The notes beneath the pieces are model-generated. The model saw only the letters and a program-made list of their open reading frames with translations, was not told the DNA's origin and made no database searches. Positions 27,215-36,486 of a stretch of DNA of 64,000 nucleotides are shown here, piece after piece. Position 1 is the first letter of the stretch. Each line of letters starts with the position of its first letter. Where the stretch lies: the NCBI GenBank assembly GCA_034422795.1, contig DAOUJK010000041.1, positions 17,455-81,454 of the forward strand, read 5' to 3'. The position numbers and the translations under genes were made by a program. Source of the stretch: Dehalococcoidia bacterium. GTDB taxonomy: Bacteria; Chloroflexota; Dehalococcoidia; Lucifugimonadales; Australimonadaceae.

Positions 27215-28510
27215 ATGCTCAGCGCCGGGGACAACGCTCTGCTCACCGCAACGTCGCGCGGGACGCCCATGGGCGACCTGCTGCGCCGCTTCTGGGTCCC
27301 GTTCCTCCTCTCCGACGAACTCCCGAAGCCGGACTGCCCGCCCATCCGTACGCGGCTCATGGGCGAGGCGCTCGTCGCGTTCCGCGACACGTCGGGACGT
27401 GTGGGGCTGCTGGCGGAGCGCTGTCCCCACCGCCGCGCGAGCCTCTTCTTCGGACGCAACGAGGAGCACGGCCTGCGCTGCATCTACCACGGCTGGAAGT
27501 TCGATGTGGAGGGCCAGTGCGTGGACATGCCCTCCGAGCCTGCGACGAGCAACTACAGGGACAAGGTGCGCCAGACCGCCTACCCCACGGTCGAGGCCGG
27601 AGGCGTCGTCTGGGCGTACCTCGGTCCGCCGCAGGCGACACCGGCGATGCCGGACTTCTCATGGCTGCGCCTGCCGCCGTCGCACGTTCACGTCACGAAG
27701 CGGCTGGAGCGCACGAACTGGGTGCAGGGCCTCGAGGGCGGCATCGACTCGGCGCACTCCAACTTCCTGCACGCGACTGTCGACGGGTTCCGCCGGACGC
27801 CCGCCTGGCTGGAGCGCGCCCAGGCTGCGACCGACCTCCGCGCCCGCTATCACGCGCTCGACCGCTCGCCCGTGTTCCTGCCGGAGGACACCGACTACGG
27901 GCTGCGCGTTGGGGCGCGGCGGGACATCGGCGAGGGCACGCATTACTGGCGCTTCACCCACTGGATGATGCCGTTCTACAACCTGTTCAGGCAGGGTTCC
28001 ACGGAGCCGGGCATGAACAGCGCGGGCATCGCGTGGAGTCCTATAGACGACCACAACTGCTGGACGATGGTGGCGACGTGGAATGAAGAGCGCCCCCTCA
28101 GCGGAGAGGACATCGAGGCCGCGGAGGACTTTGCCGGCCCCGCGCTGCCCGGCTCGTTCCTGCCCGCCCGCAACATGGAGAACGACTACATGATTGACCG
28201 GGAACTGCAGGCGAGCGGGACGTTCTCCGGCATCCCCGGCACGCAGGCGCAGGACATGGCGGTGCAGGAGAGCATGGGCTCCATCGTCGCGCGTTTCGAG
28301 GAGCACCTCGGCACCAGCGACACCGCTATTGTCAGGATGCGGCGCAGGCTGATCCGGCAGGCGCGCGCCCTCGCCGCCGGCGCGGACGCTCCGCTGGCGT
28401 CGCGCGACGGATCGGTGTATCGAGTGCGCTTCGCTGACAAGCTTGTGCATGACGGTGAGGAGCTCGACGCGAAGGAGCGCGAGCGTCTCTGTACGCCGGC
28501 GGCGCTATAG
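27215..28510 (+). CDS. Rieske [2Fe-2S] ring-hydroxylating oxygenase alpha subunit (paralogue 2)
   Basis: CPHRRASLFFGRNEEHGLRCIYHGWKF Rieske motif. C-terminal catalytic domain carries His/Asp ligands. Confidence 0.85.
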   Translation: MLSAGDNALLTATSRGTPMGDLLRRFWVPFLLSDELPKPDCPPIRTRLMGEALVAFRDTSGRVGLLAERCPHRRASLFFGRNEEHGLRCIYHGWKFDVEGQCVDMPSEPATSNYRDKVRQTAYPTVEAGGVVWAYLGPPQATPAMPDFSWLRLPPSHVHVTKRLERTNWVQGLEGGIDSAHSNFLHATVDGFRRTPAWLERAQAATDLRARYHALDRSPVFLPEDTDYGLRVGARRDIGEGTHYWRFTHWMMPFYNLFRQGSTEPGMNSAGIAWSPIDDHNCWTMVATWNEERPLSGEDIEAAEDFAGPALPGSFLPARNMENDYMIDRELQASGTFSGIPGTQAQDMAVQESMGSIVARFEEHLGTSDTAIVRMRRRLIRQARALAAGADAPLASRDGSVYRVRFADKLVHDGEELDAKERERLCTPAAL

Positions 28511-28544
28511 CCGTCTGGCCCGAACACACGTAAGGAGGAACAAC

Positions 28545-29312
28545 ATGGCGCGGTTGACCATCGCTGACCTGCAACAGATGAAGAACGACGGGAAGAAGAT
28601 CGCGGCGGGCGTTTGCTACGACGTGCAGATGACGCGCATCCTGGAGCGCGCGGGGGTCGACCTGCTCTCGGTCGGCGACAGCGTGAGCAGGACGTTCCTC
28701 GGCATGGAGAGCGAGGACGAGTTCTCGCTCGACGCGATGCTGCTGTTCGGCAAGGCGGTAGCCCGCGTCGCCGAGCGGGCCGTCATCAACGTGGACATGC
28801 CCACGGTGGTCTGCAACGCGGGGCCGAAGGCGGTGGAGGAGGCCACGCGGCGCATCAAGGAGGAGACGGGCGCGGACATGACGAAGGTCGACATCCGCAC
28901 CCAGGAGGAGGAGCTGTTCGACGACGTGCTCGCGGTCATAGAAGCCGGGCTTCCGGTGTACCCACAGATCGGGTTCCCGGTGTTTGAGCCCCGGCACGGC
29001 GGGCCTGAAGCGCACGAGCACATCATGAAGTGGGCGAACGCCGTGCAGGACGCGGGCGCGGTGATGATCGACCTCACGAACGTGACCCTGGACATCTACG
29101 CCGACGTCGCGAAGACGATGCGCATCCCGGTCATCGGCGGGCAGACGGGGCCAGAGTCGGACGGGCGCATCTATGTGAGCTACATGCTGGCGGGCTACCG
29201 CGCCGACACCATCGACCGCGCGGACGGCGGACCGAACGCGGCGCGCTACATCTTCGAGGTCGCTGAGAAGGCGATTGCGAGCGTCCACGACGCCACGTGG
29301 GTCGCGCCGTAA
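28545..29312 (+). CDS. PanB-like protein (ketopantoate hydroxymethyltransferase / PEP-mutase superfamily), divergent
   Basis: AAGGAGG before the ATG. LTIADLQQMKNDGKKIAAGVCYDVQMTRILERAGVDLLSVGDS parallels the PanB N-terminus. The later catalytic region looks divergent. Confidence 0.65.
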   Translation: MARLTIADLQQMKNDGKKIAAGVCYDVQMTRILERAGVDLLSVGDSVSRTFLGMESEDEFSLDAMLLFGKAVARVAERAVINVDMPTVVCNAGPKAVEEATRRIKEETGADMTKVDIRTQEEELFDDVLAVIEAGLPVYPQIGFPVFEPRHGGPEAHEHIMKWANAVQDAGAVMIDLTNVTLDIYADVAKTMRIPVIGGQTGPESDGRIYVSYMLAGYRADTIDRADGGPNAARYIFEVAEKAIASVHDATWVAP

Positions 29313-29318
29313 AACCGC

Positions 29319-29810
29319 GTGTCGCTCGTCAGACACTTCACCGCCACTGCGTTCGTCGTGCAGGACGGCGCAACGCTGCTGCACTGGCACCCCAAGCTGG
29401 GCATGTGGCTGCCTCCCGGCGGTCACGTCGAGGAGAACGAGGACCCGGTGCAGGCCGTCCTGCGCGAGGTGGAGGAGGAGACGGGGATCGTGGCTGAGGT
29501 GGTGCCGACCTCGGACCTCGAAGACAGCCTCGCCTACCCACCCCAGGTGCCGCCTCCCATGACCATCCTGATCGCCGATGTCGATGACCCGGTGGATGGA
29601 TTCCACCAGCACATCGACTTCCTCTACGTCTGCCGCCCGGCGACTCCCGTGACCGACCTGCCGGAAGGTTGGCTATGGGTAGCGGAGGAAGAGCTGGCCT
29701 CGGACACGCCGTTGAGCCGGCCCGGCGCTCCGCCAGAGCCTGCGCAGGAGCAGATCCGGGTGCTGGGCGGGCAGGCGTTCCGGGCGGCGCGCGCGGCTGC
29801 GTCGGACTGA
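29319..29810 (+). CDS. NUDIX hydrolase
   Basis: Nudix box GGHVEENEDPVQAVLREVEEETGI. GTG start. Confidence 0.85.
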   Translation: MSLVRHFTATAFVVQDGATLLHWHPKLGMWLPPGGHVEENEDPVQAVLREVEEETGIVAEVVPTSDLEDSLAYPPQVPPPMTILIADVDDPVDGFHQHIDFLYVCRPATPVTDLPEGWLWVAEEELASDTPLSRPGAPPEPAQEQIRVLGGQAFRAARAAASD

Positions 29811-29826
29811 GGCGCGTGCTTCGTGT

Positions 29827-31068
29827 TTACGGCCCGCTGATCTGTAGCGTGTGCCCGGTCGGGATCTCGCCGGTGTAGGCCCAGTCCGGCATGTCGAACT
29901 CGACCCCCTCGACCGCGAGCATCCGCTTGTACTCCTCGCGGATGAACGGGTCCTCTGCCTGGTAGGTGATGCTGCGCCCGCCCATCTCCAGCGGGAGGTT
30001 GCCGGAGACCTCGTTCTCGCCCTGGCGCAGCAGCTGGATGCCGACGCCCTGCGGGACGCCGCCGAAGACGAGGAGCCGCAGCGGCTCCCTCCCGGTGCTG
30101 TGGTGCATGTGGAACCAGCCCGTGCCGCCGGGGTTGTTCACCACCATCCCGCCCGCGCGGTAGTCCTGTCGCATGACGGACTCGCCGTTGCCGGACTCCC
30201 ACGGGCGGATGGTTGCGGACTGCGGCCACGCGACCGTGTAGCCGGAGCCCTTGATGCAGATGAGGACGACGGAGCCGGGGCCGGGCGGGTGGTGCGCCAT
30301 GGAGTAGCGCCCGCTGTGATGCTCGCCCACGAACATGTTGAATCGCCCGTGCGCCATCTGCGGGATGACGCGCCGGTAGCCGGGCGAGCGCTGGTTGTCC
30401 AGCGGCAACTCGCACGTCGCCATGTCGGGTATGAGGTTGGTGACGCGCATGGCGCGCTGCCGCATCGGGTCGGCGACGAGCGGCGTGTCCTTCGGACGGA
30501 AGTAGTCGTCGGAGTCGTCGAAGCGGTCGGTGAAGGCAAAGTCGCTCTCGAAGATGAAGCGCTCGCTGTCGAAGAGGCTGAAGAGGGGCGGCGCGGTCGT
30601 GCCGCCGACGAGGACGACGGGGCCGGAACTCGCGTTGATGATCCGGTGGTTGGTGTTGACCGGTATCGCGAAGAGGCTGCCGGCCTGCCACTCGAACGTG
30701 TGCCTGCGGTCGCTGCCTTCGCGCCAGACCTCCGTCGTGCCGCGGCCCTCGAAGACGTAGTAGACCTCCTCGTAGATGTGGCGCTCGACTGTGGACTCGG
30801 AGCGCGGCGGCAGCTCCCACGCGTACATGCCGAGCCTGCCGTCCGTGCCGTCGAGTTGGATGAACGAGCCGCTCCCGCCCATACGCTTCCACGGGGCCTT
30901 GGGTATCTCCCGGATGTCGTGCATGCCCAGCCCCCGGTAGACCGGGATCTCCTGCGCCTCCATGAAGCGGTCGTACGGGGTCCGCGGCGTCTTCCACGAC
31001 CCGACCCCTGCGCGCTCCTTCTCCCCTGTTGGCTCGATGAAGGCCTTCGCCTCCTCGATCTCCGACAT
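29827..31068 (-). CDS. Bicupin protein (gentisate/dioxygenase-like cupin)
   Basis: 413 aa with two cupin-like segments (HIYEEVYYVFEGRG...; FHMHHSTGREPLRLLVFG). GGGAGGTG RBS. Confidence 0.65.
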   Translation of the reverse strand: MSEIEEAKAFIEPTGEKERAGVGSWKTPRTPYDRFMEAQEIPVYRGLGMHDIREIPKAPWKRMGGSGSFIQLDGTDGRLGMYAWELPPRSESTVERHIYEEVYYVFEGRGTTEVWREGSDRRHTFEWQAGSLFAIPVNTNHRIINASSGPVVLVGGTTAPPLFSLFDSERFIFESDFAFTDRFDDSDDYFRPKDTPLVADPMRQRAMRVTNLIPDMATCELPLDNQRSPGYRRVIPQMAHGRFNMFVGEHHSGRYSMAHHPPGPGSVVLICIKGSGYTVAWPQSATIRPWESGNGESVMRQDYRAGGMVVNNPGGTGWFHMHHSTGREPLRLLVFGGVPQGVGIQLLRQGENEVSGNLPLEMGGRSITYQAEDPFIREEYKRMLAVEGVEFDMPDWAYTGEIPTGHTLQISGP

Positions 31069-31167
31069 GCGTCACCTCCCGTAGTGCTGCGGCGTGTTCA
31101 GGCGCAATCTTGACGCGGATGACGCGTCGTGGCAAGCGCGAGAAGCGCTGGCGAGACGGCGCGGGTC

Positions 31168-31239
31168 GTCATGTTGACCAGGCGAAACATGCCTGGCCAC
31201 GTTGTCATATTGACCAGGCATGGCATGCCTGCCCACGCT
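31168..31239 (+). repeat. Tandem 36-nt repeat (2 units), continuing into a family-C REP unit
   Basis: GTCATGTTGACCAGGCGAAACATGCCTGGCCACGTT followed by GTCATATTGACCAGGCATGGCATGCCTGCCCACGCT. Each unit has an internal CCAGGC..GCCTGG hairpin. Confidence 0.75.
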
Positions 31240-31378
31240 GTCATGTTGAGCGGAGCCGGAGGTGGAGTCGAAACATCTCTCAGGAGCGTTCCGGTGGGGG
31301 CCGCTCATCCTGAGCCTGTCGAAGGACTCCCGAGAGATTCCTCGGCGCCGCTCGGAATGACAACCATTCTGCTGCCCC

Positions 31379-33010
31379 CTACGACTGCTCCTCGCTTGGC
31401 GCGGCAGGCCCGCTCGGGCGTGCTGGACGGGAGATGTTGTAGCGCGCACGCACGCGTCGGCTGAGACGGACGACGACCCACCCGAGGACGAGGAGCGGGA
31501 TGAAGACGACCGCCCAGATGAGGACGTAGAAGAGCGCGATGCCCACTGCGGAGAGTGCGCGGACGGCGGTCTTGAACGTCCCTTCGACGTCCACGCCGCC
31601 CACGACGAATCCCTCCGATTCGGTCACGCTCACGTCGAAGGAGCCGGAGGCGGATATGCGTCCGGCATCGCTCATCGCGCTGACGGTGAGCTCGACGGAG
31701 TAGGGGAAGGGACGGTAGTCGGTGTAGGCGTGTGCGGCCTCGACGCGCGTGCCCTCGTCGATCTCCCCGCTGACGGTCGGCGAGCCGTCGCCGAAGTCCC
31801 ACTGGTACTCATAGTCCCACAGCTCCTCAGGAGCGGTGAAGGACGCCGTGTAGCGCACCTCGTCGCCTTCCTCGACGGTGCGGCTTTCGCCCGCGAAGAC
31901 CTCGATGGACGGCACCTCGGTGACGGTCGCCAGTAGCGAGTCCGTGCCCTCCGCGATGCCGCCCTCGCCCCTTCCGGTGATCTCGACGGAGACGATGTAG
32001 GGCGAGTCGTCGCCGTCGGGGTAGACGTGGTTGACGGTCGCGGTGACGCGCTGCCCGTTCGGCGTGGGCGCGGTGGTGGTGCCAAAGACTGTCGAGCCGT
32101 CGCCGAAGTCCCAGGAGAACTCGAACTCGTCGATATCGGGCGGCGGGGTGAACGTCGCGCGGAAGCGCGCTGGTTGACCCACCCTGAACCCCTCGTCCGG
32201 GCCTGCGTCCACGCCCATGTCGAGCGGCGCGACGGTGAGGCTGACCTCGATGAGCGAGAAGGCGGCCACTTGGTCGAAGTAGTTGAGCCGCCCCTGCATC
32301 TCCTCGATCTGGAGCTGGATGGAGGAGAGCTCGCTCTGGACCTTCAGGGCCTCCTCTACGTTCTGCGTCTCGTCGAGGAAGCCTAGGAGGCGCGCCTCGG
32401 TCGCCCGGAGGCTGTTCAGGCGCGACTGCGTGTCGATGTACTGGTCGGTCACGTCGTCGCTGGTGACGGCCCGCGAGACGACCTCCCGGGCGCCCGTTTC
32501 GATCATGTCGAAGGCCCGGTCGAGCGACTCCGCGGGCACGCGGATGGCGACCGCCCCGGTGTGGCGCGATACGCGGTCGGAGCTGACGAGCCACCCGCCG
32601 AGCGATGCCGCGACGCCCGCGATGCGGTCGACCGTTGCGACGACGTCGTCCACGACGAGCGACATCCGCGCCGTGTGAACGATGACCCGGTCCTGGGCGT
32701 AGGGCGAGAGACGAATGCTACCGGATCCTCCGTCACCTCCGGGGTTTCCGGGAGAGCCGGGAGCTCCGGCCGGAGCGGGCGCGGCAGAAGCCTCCTCCTC
32801 AGCAGCGAACCCCATCTCCATCGCGTCGTCGGAGGTGGTCGACCCGTCTCGGTCAGCCCTTACGCCAGCGACTTCCTCGTCCACCGAGAGGTCCGACCAT
32901 GCTCGGGAATCGGTCTGCGCATCGTCGCCGCTGCATGCCGCCGCCAGCGGCAGCGCCGCCAGTACCAGCGCGGCGAGAAGCATCCTGATGGTCGTTGTCA
33001 GCTTGGTCAT
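31379..33010 (-). CDS. Lipoprotein with a DUF4349-like domain, two PKD-like domains and a C-terminal TM anchor
   Basis: Lipobox LAAAC. A coiled-coil segment typical of DUF4349. FSWDFGDGS and YQWDFGDGS PKD motifs. Hydrophobic C-terminus. Confidence 0.75.
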   Translation of the reverse strand: MTKLTTTIRMLLAALVLAALPLAAACSGDDAQTDSRAWSDLSVDEEVAGVRADRDGSTTSDDAMEMGFAAEEEASAAPAPAGAPGSPGNPGGDGGSGSIRLSPYAQDRVIVHTARMSLVVDDVVATVDRIAGVAASLGGWLVSSDRVSRHTGAVAIRVPAESLDRAFDMIETGAREVVSRAVTSDDVTDQYIDTQSRLNSLRATEARLLGFLDETQNVEEALKVQSELSSIQLQIEEMQGRLNYFDQVAAFSLIEVSLTVAPLDMGVDAGPDEGFRVGQPARFRATFTPPPDIDEFEFSWDFGDGSTVFGTTTAPTPNGQRVTATVNHVYPDGDDSPYIVSVEITGRGEGGIAEGTDSLLATVTEVPSIEVFAGESRTVEEGDEVRYTASFTAPEELWDYEYQWDFGDGSPTVSGEIDEGTRVEAAHAYTDYRPFPYSVELTVSAMSDAGRISASGSFDVSVTESEGFVVGGVDVEGTFKTAVRALSAVGIALFYVLIWAVVFIPLLVLGWVVVRLSRRVRARYNISRPARPSGPAAPSEEQS

Positions 33011-33164
33011 GTCCTTCTCCGTGTTCGCTCTCCAGTCCACGCGCCCTCGCGATCGCGACCCTCACACCTTGCCGTGCTCATGGAGTAGTATGCGCTCGCC
33101 GTGCGGAACGTTCCCGCAGGACGCCGCACGGCGACACCTCCCATCGCACAGGAGCAACAACCGG

Positions 33165-34190
33165 ATGATCATCGACTCCCATGGTCACTATACCACCGCG
33201 CCTGCCGGCGTGCAGATATTCCGCGCCACCCAGATCACCTTCATGGGCGCCCCGGTGAAGCACCCCGTCAACGTCTCCGACGACGAGATACGCGCCTCGC
33301 TGGAGAACGGCCAGCTCAAACTGCAGAACGAGCGCGGCACGGACGTCGCCATCTTCTCCCCCCGCGCCTCGTGGATGGGCCACCACTTCGGCGGCGAGCT
33401 CATCAGCCGCTACTGGACCGAGATCAACAACGACATCATCAAGCGCGTGTGCGACATCTACCCGGACCGCTTCATCGGCGCGTGCTCGTTGCCGCAGTCG
33501 CCCGGCGTCCCGCCGGAGCGCGGCGTCGTCCAGGAGCTGGAGCGCGCCGTGAACGATCTGGGCTTCGTCGGCTGCAACCTCAACCCGGACCCGTCCGGCG
33601 GCTACTGGACCGACCCGCCGCTTGGCGACCGCTACTGGTACCCGCTCTACGAGAAGATGGTGGAGCTGGACGTGCCCGCGATGATCCACGGCTCCGGCAC
33701 CTGCAACCCCGCGTTCACTACCACCGGCTCCCACTACATGAACGTGGACAACACCGGCTTCGTGCAGCTGATGGACTCCAACATCTTCCAGGACTTCCCC
33801 GGCATCAGGTTCATCCTGCCGCACGGGGGCGGCGCCATCCCTTTCCAGTACGCGCGTTTCAAGGGGCTGAGCATCATGGCGAAGCGCGAGCCGTTCGACG
33901 AGTTCCTCAGCCGGCTCTACTTCGACACCGCCATCTACAACCAGGCCGCGACGGAGTTCCTGATCAAGACGATCGGTGTGGACAACGTGCTGTTCGCCTC
34001 CGAGATGATCGGCGGCGTGCAGGCCATCGACCCGGACACCGGGCGCTGGTACGACGACACGAAGCCGTACATCGACGGCATCGACTGGCTGACCGAGGAG
34101 GACCGCTACAAGCTCTTCCACGGCAACGTGCTGAATGCCTACCCGCGCGCCAAGCCCTACATCGAGAAGATCGAGGCAGGCAAGGCATAG
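33165..34190 (+). CDS. Amidohydrolase-2 family protein (ACMSD/LigW-type decarboxylase/hydratase-like)
   Basis: MIIDSHGHY metal-binding start, ...MIHGSG..., ...ILPHGGGAIP..., ...NVLFASE... AGGAG RBS before 33165. Confidence 0.8.
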   Translation: MIIDSHGHYTTAPAGVQIFRATQITFMGAPVKHPVNVSDDEIRASLENGQLKLQNERGTDVAIFSPRASWMGHHFGGELISRYWTEINNDIIKRVCDIYPDRFIGACSLPQSPGVPPERGVVQELERAVNDLGFVGCNLNPDPSGGYWTDPPLGDRYWYPLYEKMVELDVPAMIHGSGTCNPAFTTTGSHYMNVDNTGFVQLMDSNIFQDFPGIRFILPHGGGAIPFQYARFKGLSIMAKREPFDEFLSRLYFDTAIYNQAATEFLIKTIGVDNVLFASEMIGGVQAIDPDTGRWYDDTKPYIDGIDWLTEEDRYKLFHGNVLNAYPRAKPYIEKIEAGKA

Positions 34191-34315
34191 CGGCAACTGA
34201 ACAACGGTGAGGGTGCCTGATTTCCTCTCTTGTGACGCGTGATGAGAAAATGCTGCAGGAGCGCAATAGGGGTCTGATTCACCAGATGGTTGCTTCTCCG
34301 CCAAGCTGTTTGATA

Positions 34316-34399
34316 GGGAGTGCAGAGGGGGAGTCCCCCCTCTGCCGGGGGGAGTGGGGGTGTCCCCCACAAGCGTTCGAGCGGGTGGGTGGGAAGAAC
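34316..34399 (+). repeat. Family-A intergenic element, copy 2
   Basis: GCAGAGGGGGAGTCCCCCCTCTGC hairpin, GTGGGGGTGTCCCCCAC hairpin, then GGGTGGGTGGG. Lies 80 nt upstream of the ADH start. Confidence 0.7.
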
Positions 34400-34478
34400 T
34401 ACGCTGCGCTGAACGCAGTTACGCAAAGGTCCCTGCAAGGGGACAGGGTTCCGTGCTGAGGTAACGAAGGAGGGAGCC

Positions 34479-35558
34479 ATGGAGACCACGCTGGCGGCAG
34501 TCAAGGTAGCGCCCCGCAAGGCGGAGATACAGGAGATCGACGTCCCGGATATCGACTACAACAGCGCCCTGATGAAGGTCGAGGCGGCTGGCATGTGCGG
34601 CTCCTACGGCTACTTCACCCGGGAGGGCGGCGGGAGGAGCCCCGCCCCCGGCATGAACGCGCACGAGAACGCCGGCATCATCGTGAAAGCCGGGCAGGGG
34701 TTCCTGGACCGACACGGCGTCGAGGAAGGCGAACTCGTCGCGCTGGAGGAGTACCTCCCGTGCGGACATTGCGAGTGGTGCCGCAAGGGCGAGTTCCGGC
34801 ACTGCTGGCTCACCGACACGCACAACAACCCGAACCACAGCAGGCTGGCCGGGGGCTTCCGCCAGTACCTCTACCTTCCGCCCAACGTGGTGCTGCACAA
34901 GGTGCCGCAGACGATGACGGCCGACGAGGCTGCGCTGGCCCTGCCGGTCGGCAACGGCGTGCAGTGGGCGGTGAAGGAGGGCGAGGCCGCTCCGGGCAAG
35001 ACGGTCGTCGTACAGGGGCCGGGCTCCAAGGGCCTCGGCGCCACTCTCGCAGCAAAGAAGGCGGGCGCGACGGTCATCGTGACCGGCTTGTCCAAGGACG
35101 GTTCGCGACTTGAAGCGGCGAGGCGGCTCGGCGCGGACCACACCGTCGATGTCCAGACCAACGACTTCGTCGAAACGATAATGGACATCACGAACGGACG
35201 CGGCGCTGACGCCGTGGTCGACTGCACCACCGGCCGCATCCCCGTCATCTTCAACCAGGCCATCGAGGTCCTGGTGCGGCGAGGCGGCATCGTCGTCACG
35301 CAGGCCTACGAGCTCGAGTCCTTCTCGCTGGAGAAACTGACGGGCAAGTACGGACAGCTCCGCGCGTGCCGGGGCCACAGCTACGCAAGCGTGGCGATGG
35401 GCCTCGAACTGATCGCGTCGGGAGACTACCCCCTCAAGGAGATGGTGACGCACAACTATCCGCTGGAGCTGACCGGCGAGGCGTGCCTCGCCTCCGGCGG
35501 CGAGGGCGAGGGCGCGGACGCCGTCTGGGTGATGGTCAACCCCAACATGGCCGCCTGA
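34479..35558 (+). CDS. Zinc-dependent alcohol dehydrogenase (MDR family)
   Basis: GMCGSY..., CGHCEWCRKGEFRHC structural-zinc motif, VVVQGPGSKGLG Rossmann motif. Confidence 0.85.
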   Translation: METTLAAVKVAPRKAEIQEIDVPDIDYNSALMKVEAAGMCGSYGYFTREGGGRSPAPGMNAHENAGIIVKAGQGFLDRHGVEEGELVALEEYLPCGHCEWCRKGEFRHCWLTDTHNNPNHSRLAGGFRQYLYLPPNVVLHKVPQTMTADEAALALPVGNGVQWAVKEGEAAPGKTVVVQGPGSKGLGATLAAKKAGATVIVTGLSKDGSRLEAARRLGADHTVDVQTNDFVETIMDITNGRGADAVVDCTTGRIPVIFNQAIEVLVRRGGIVVTQAYELESFSLEKLTGKYGQLRACRGHSYASVAMGLELIASGDYPLKEMVTHNYPLELTGEACLASGGEGEGADAVWVMVNPNMAA

Positions 35559-35580
35559 TCAGCTGTCATTCCGAGCAAAG

Positions 35581-35684
35581 CCGCGCTTTAGCGCGCAACC
35601 CCGCAGCCCCACCTCTCCCCCTGGGAGAGAGCCTGCCCTGAGCCTGCCGAAGGGTCGCCGCGCGGCAGCGTGGCGGGTGAGGGT
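35581..35684 (+). repeat. ~104-nt composite REP block (families C/B), left copy
   Basis: CGCGCTTTAGCGCGCAACC..CCTCTCCCCCTGGGAGAGAGCCTGCCCTGAGCCTGCCGAAGGGTCGCCGCGCGGCAGCGTGGCGGGTGAGGG. Near-identical copy at 36319-36422. Confidence 0.8.
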
Positions 35685-35739
35685 TGTCCCGGACGCAGTG
35701 CGTAGCACCCGTGTACCCGCGCCAGCGCCTCCCTGTGGG

Positions 35740-36123
35740 CTAAGCCGCTTCCTTCACCGTGATGGCGACGACTCCCTGCGATTCCCGCGTCTTGTAGAGG
35801 TCGGGCCGCATCGTCGGCGGGAACGCGGTGCGCACCCGCTGCGTGTCCACCGCCGTCACGACGAACGGCCTCCGCCACTTGAACAGCACGCCGGACTCGA
35901 AGGCGCGCCCATCCCCTCCGGCGAGTCGCTCGTGCATACCGTCTCTCGCGGCATTCGTCAGGCTCGCTCCGATGCTGCTGAACGCTGCGCCCAGACGCGC
36001 CAGCTGCCCGCACGTATGGCGCGCGTCCGGCTCCGCCAGTAGCACGGCCAGCCGCTCGAGCGCGTCGCCGGGCAGGAACGCCCCCAGTTCCGTCACAGGG
36101 TTGATGTTCGGGTTCGCAGGCAT
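35740..36123 (-). CDS. Hypothetical protein (127 aa), possibly phage-derived
   Basis: GGAGGAGG RBS before the ATG at 36123. No family recognised with confidence. Bracketed by the 104-nt direct repeats. Confidence 0.5.
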   Translation of the reverse strand: MPANPNINPVTELGAFLPGDALERLAVLLAEPDARHTCGQLARLGAAFSSIGASLTNAARDGMHERLAGGDGRAFESGVLFKWRRPFVVTAVDTQRVRTAFPPTMRPDLYKTRESQGVVAITVKEAA

Positions 36124-36318
36124 AACAGACCTCCTCCACGGTTGTTCGTGCGCCCACTCTACGGCGAACGGTGGACGACCTCGCAAGGCCCGCGTGTCAC
36201 ATTCTGCTTCGCGGACCTGTCATGCTGAGTGCAGCCGAAGACGGAGTCCGCTTCAGCGCGCGGCATCCTTGGGGCGGGTGTAACGGACGGAACGCCGGGT
36301 CCGTCGTTCCTGTGCAGG

Positions 36319-36422
36319 CCCGCGCTTTAGGGCGCAACCTCGCAGCACCCCTCTCCCCTTGGGAGAGAGCCTGCCCTGAGCCTGCCGAAGGGTCGCCGCG
36401 CGGCAGCGTGGCGGGTGAGGGT
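36319..36422 (+). repeat. ~104-nt composite REP block, right copy
   Basis: Same orientation as, and by eye near-identical to, 35581-35684 (a few mismatches/indels). Confidence 0.8.
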
Positions 36423-36486
36423 GCCCCGCGACACGGAGCGCAGGCGCGTATACTGCGGGCGACGCGCAGCACGACGAAAGGGATAT

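Noticed and set aside
31168-31285. Possible CRISPR array (short tandem repeats with palindromes).
   Set aside because: There are only two to three directly abutting units with no unique spacers between them, and no cas genes in the window. The units grade into REP family C.
34232-34459. Small ORFs encoding a shared 'WGCPPQ' peptide (also 26600-26926 and 42245-42658).
   Set aside because: The shared peptide is the translation of the family-A hairpin GTGGGGGTGTCCCCCAC. Similarity is confined to the repeat and is at the DNA level, so this is a repeat and not a protein family.
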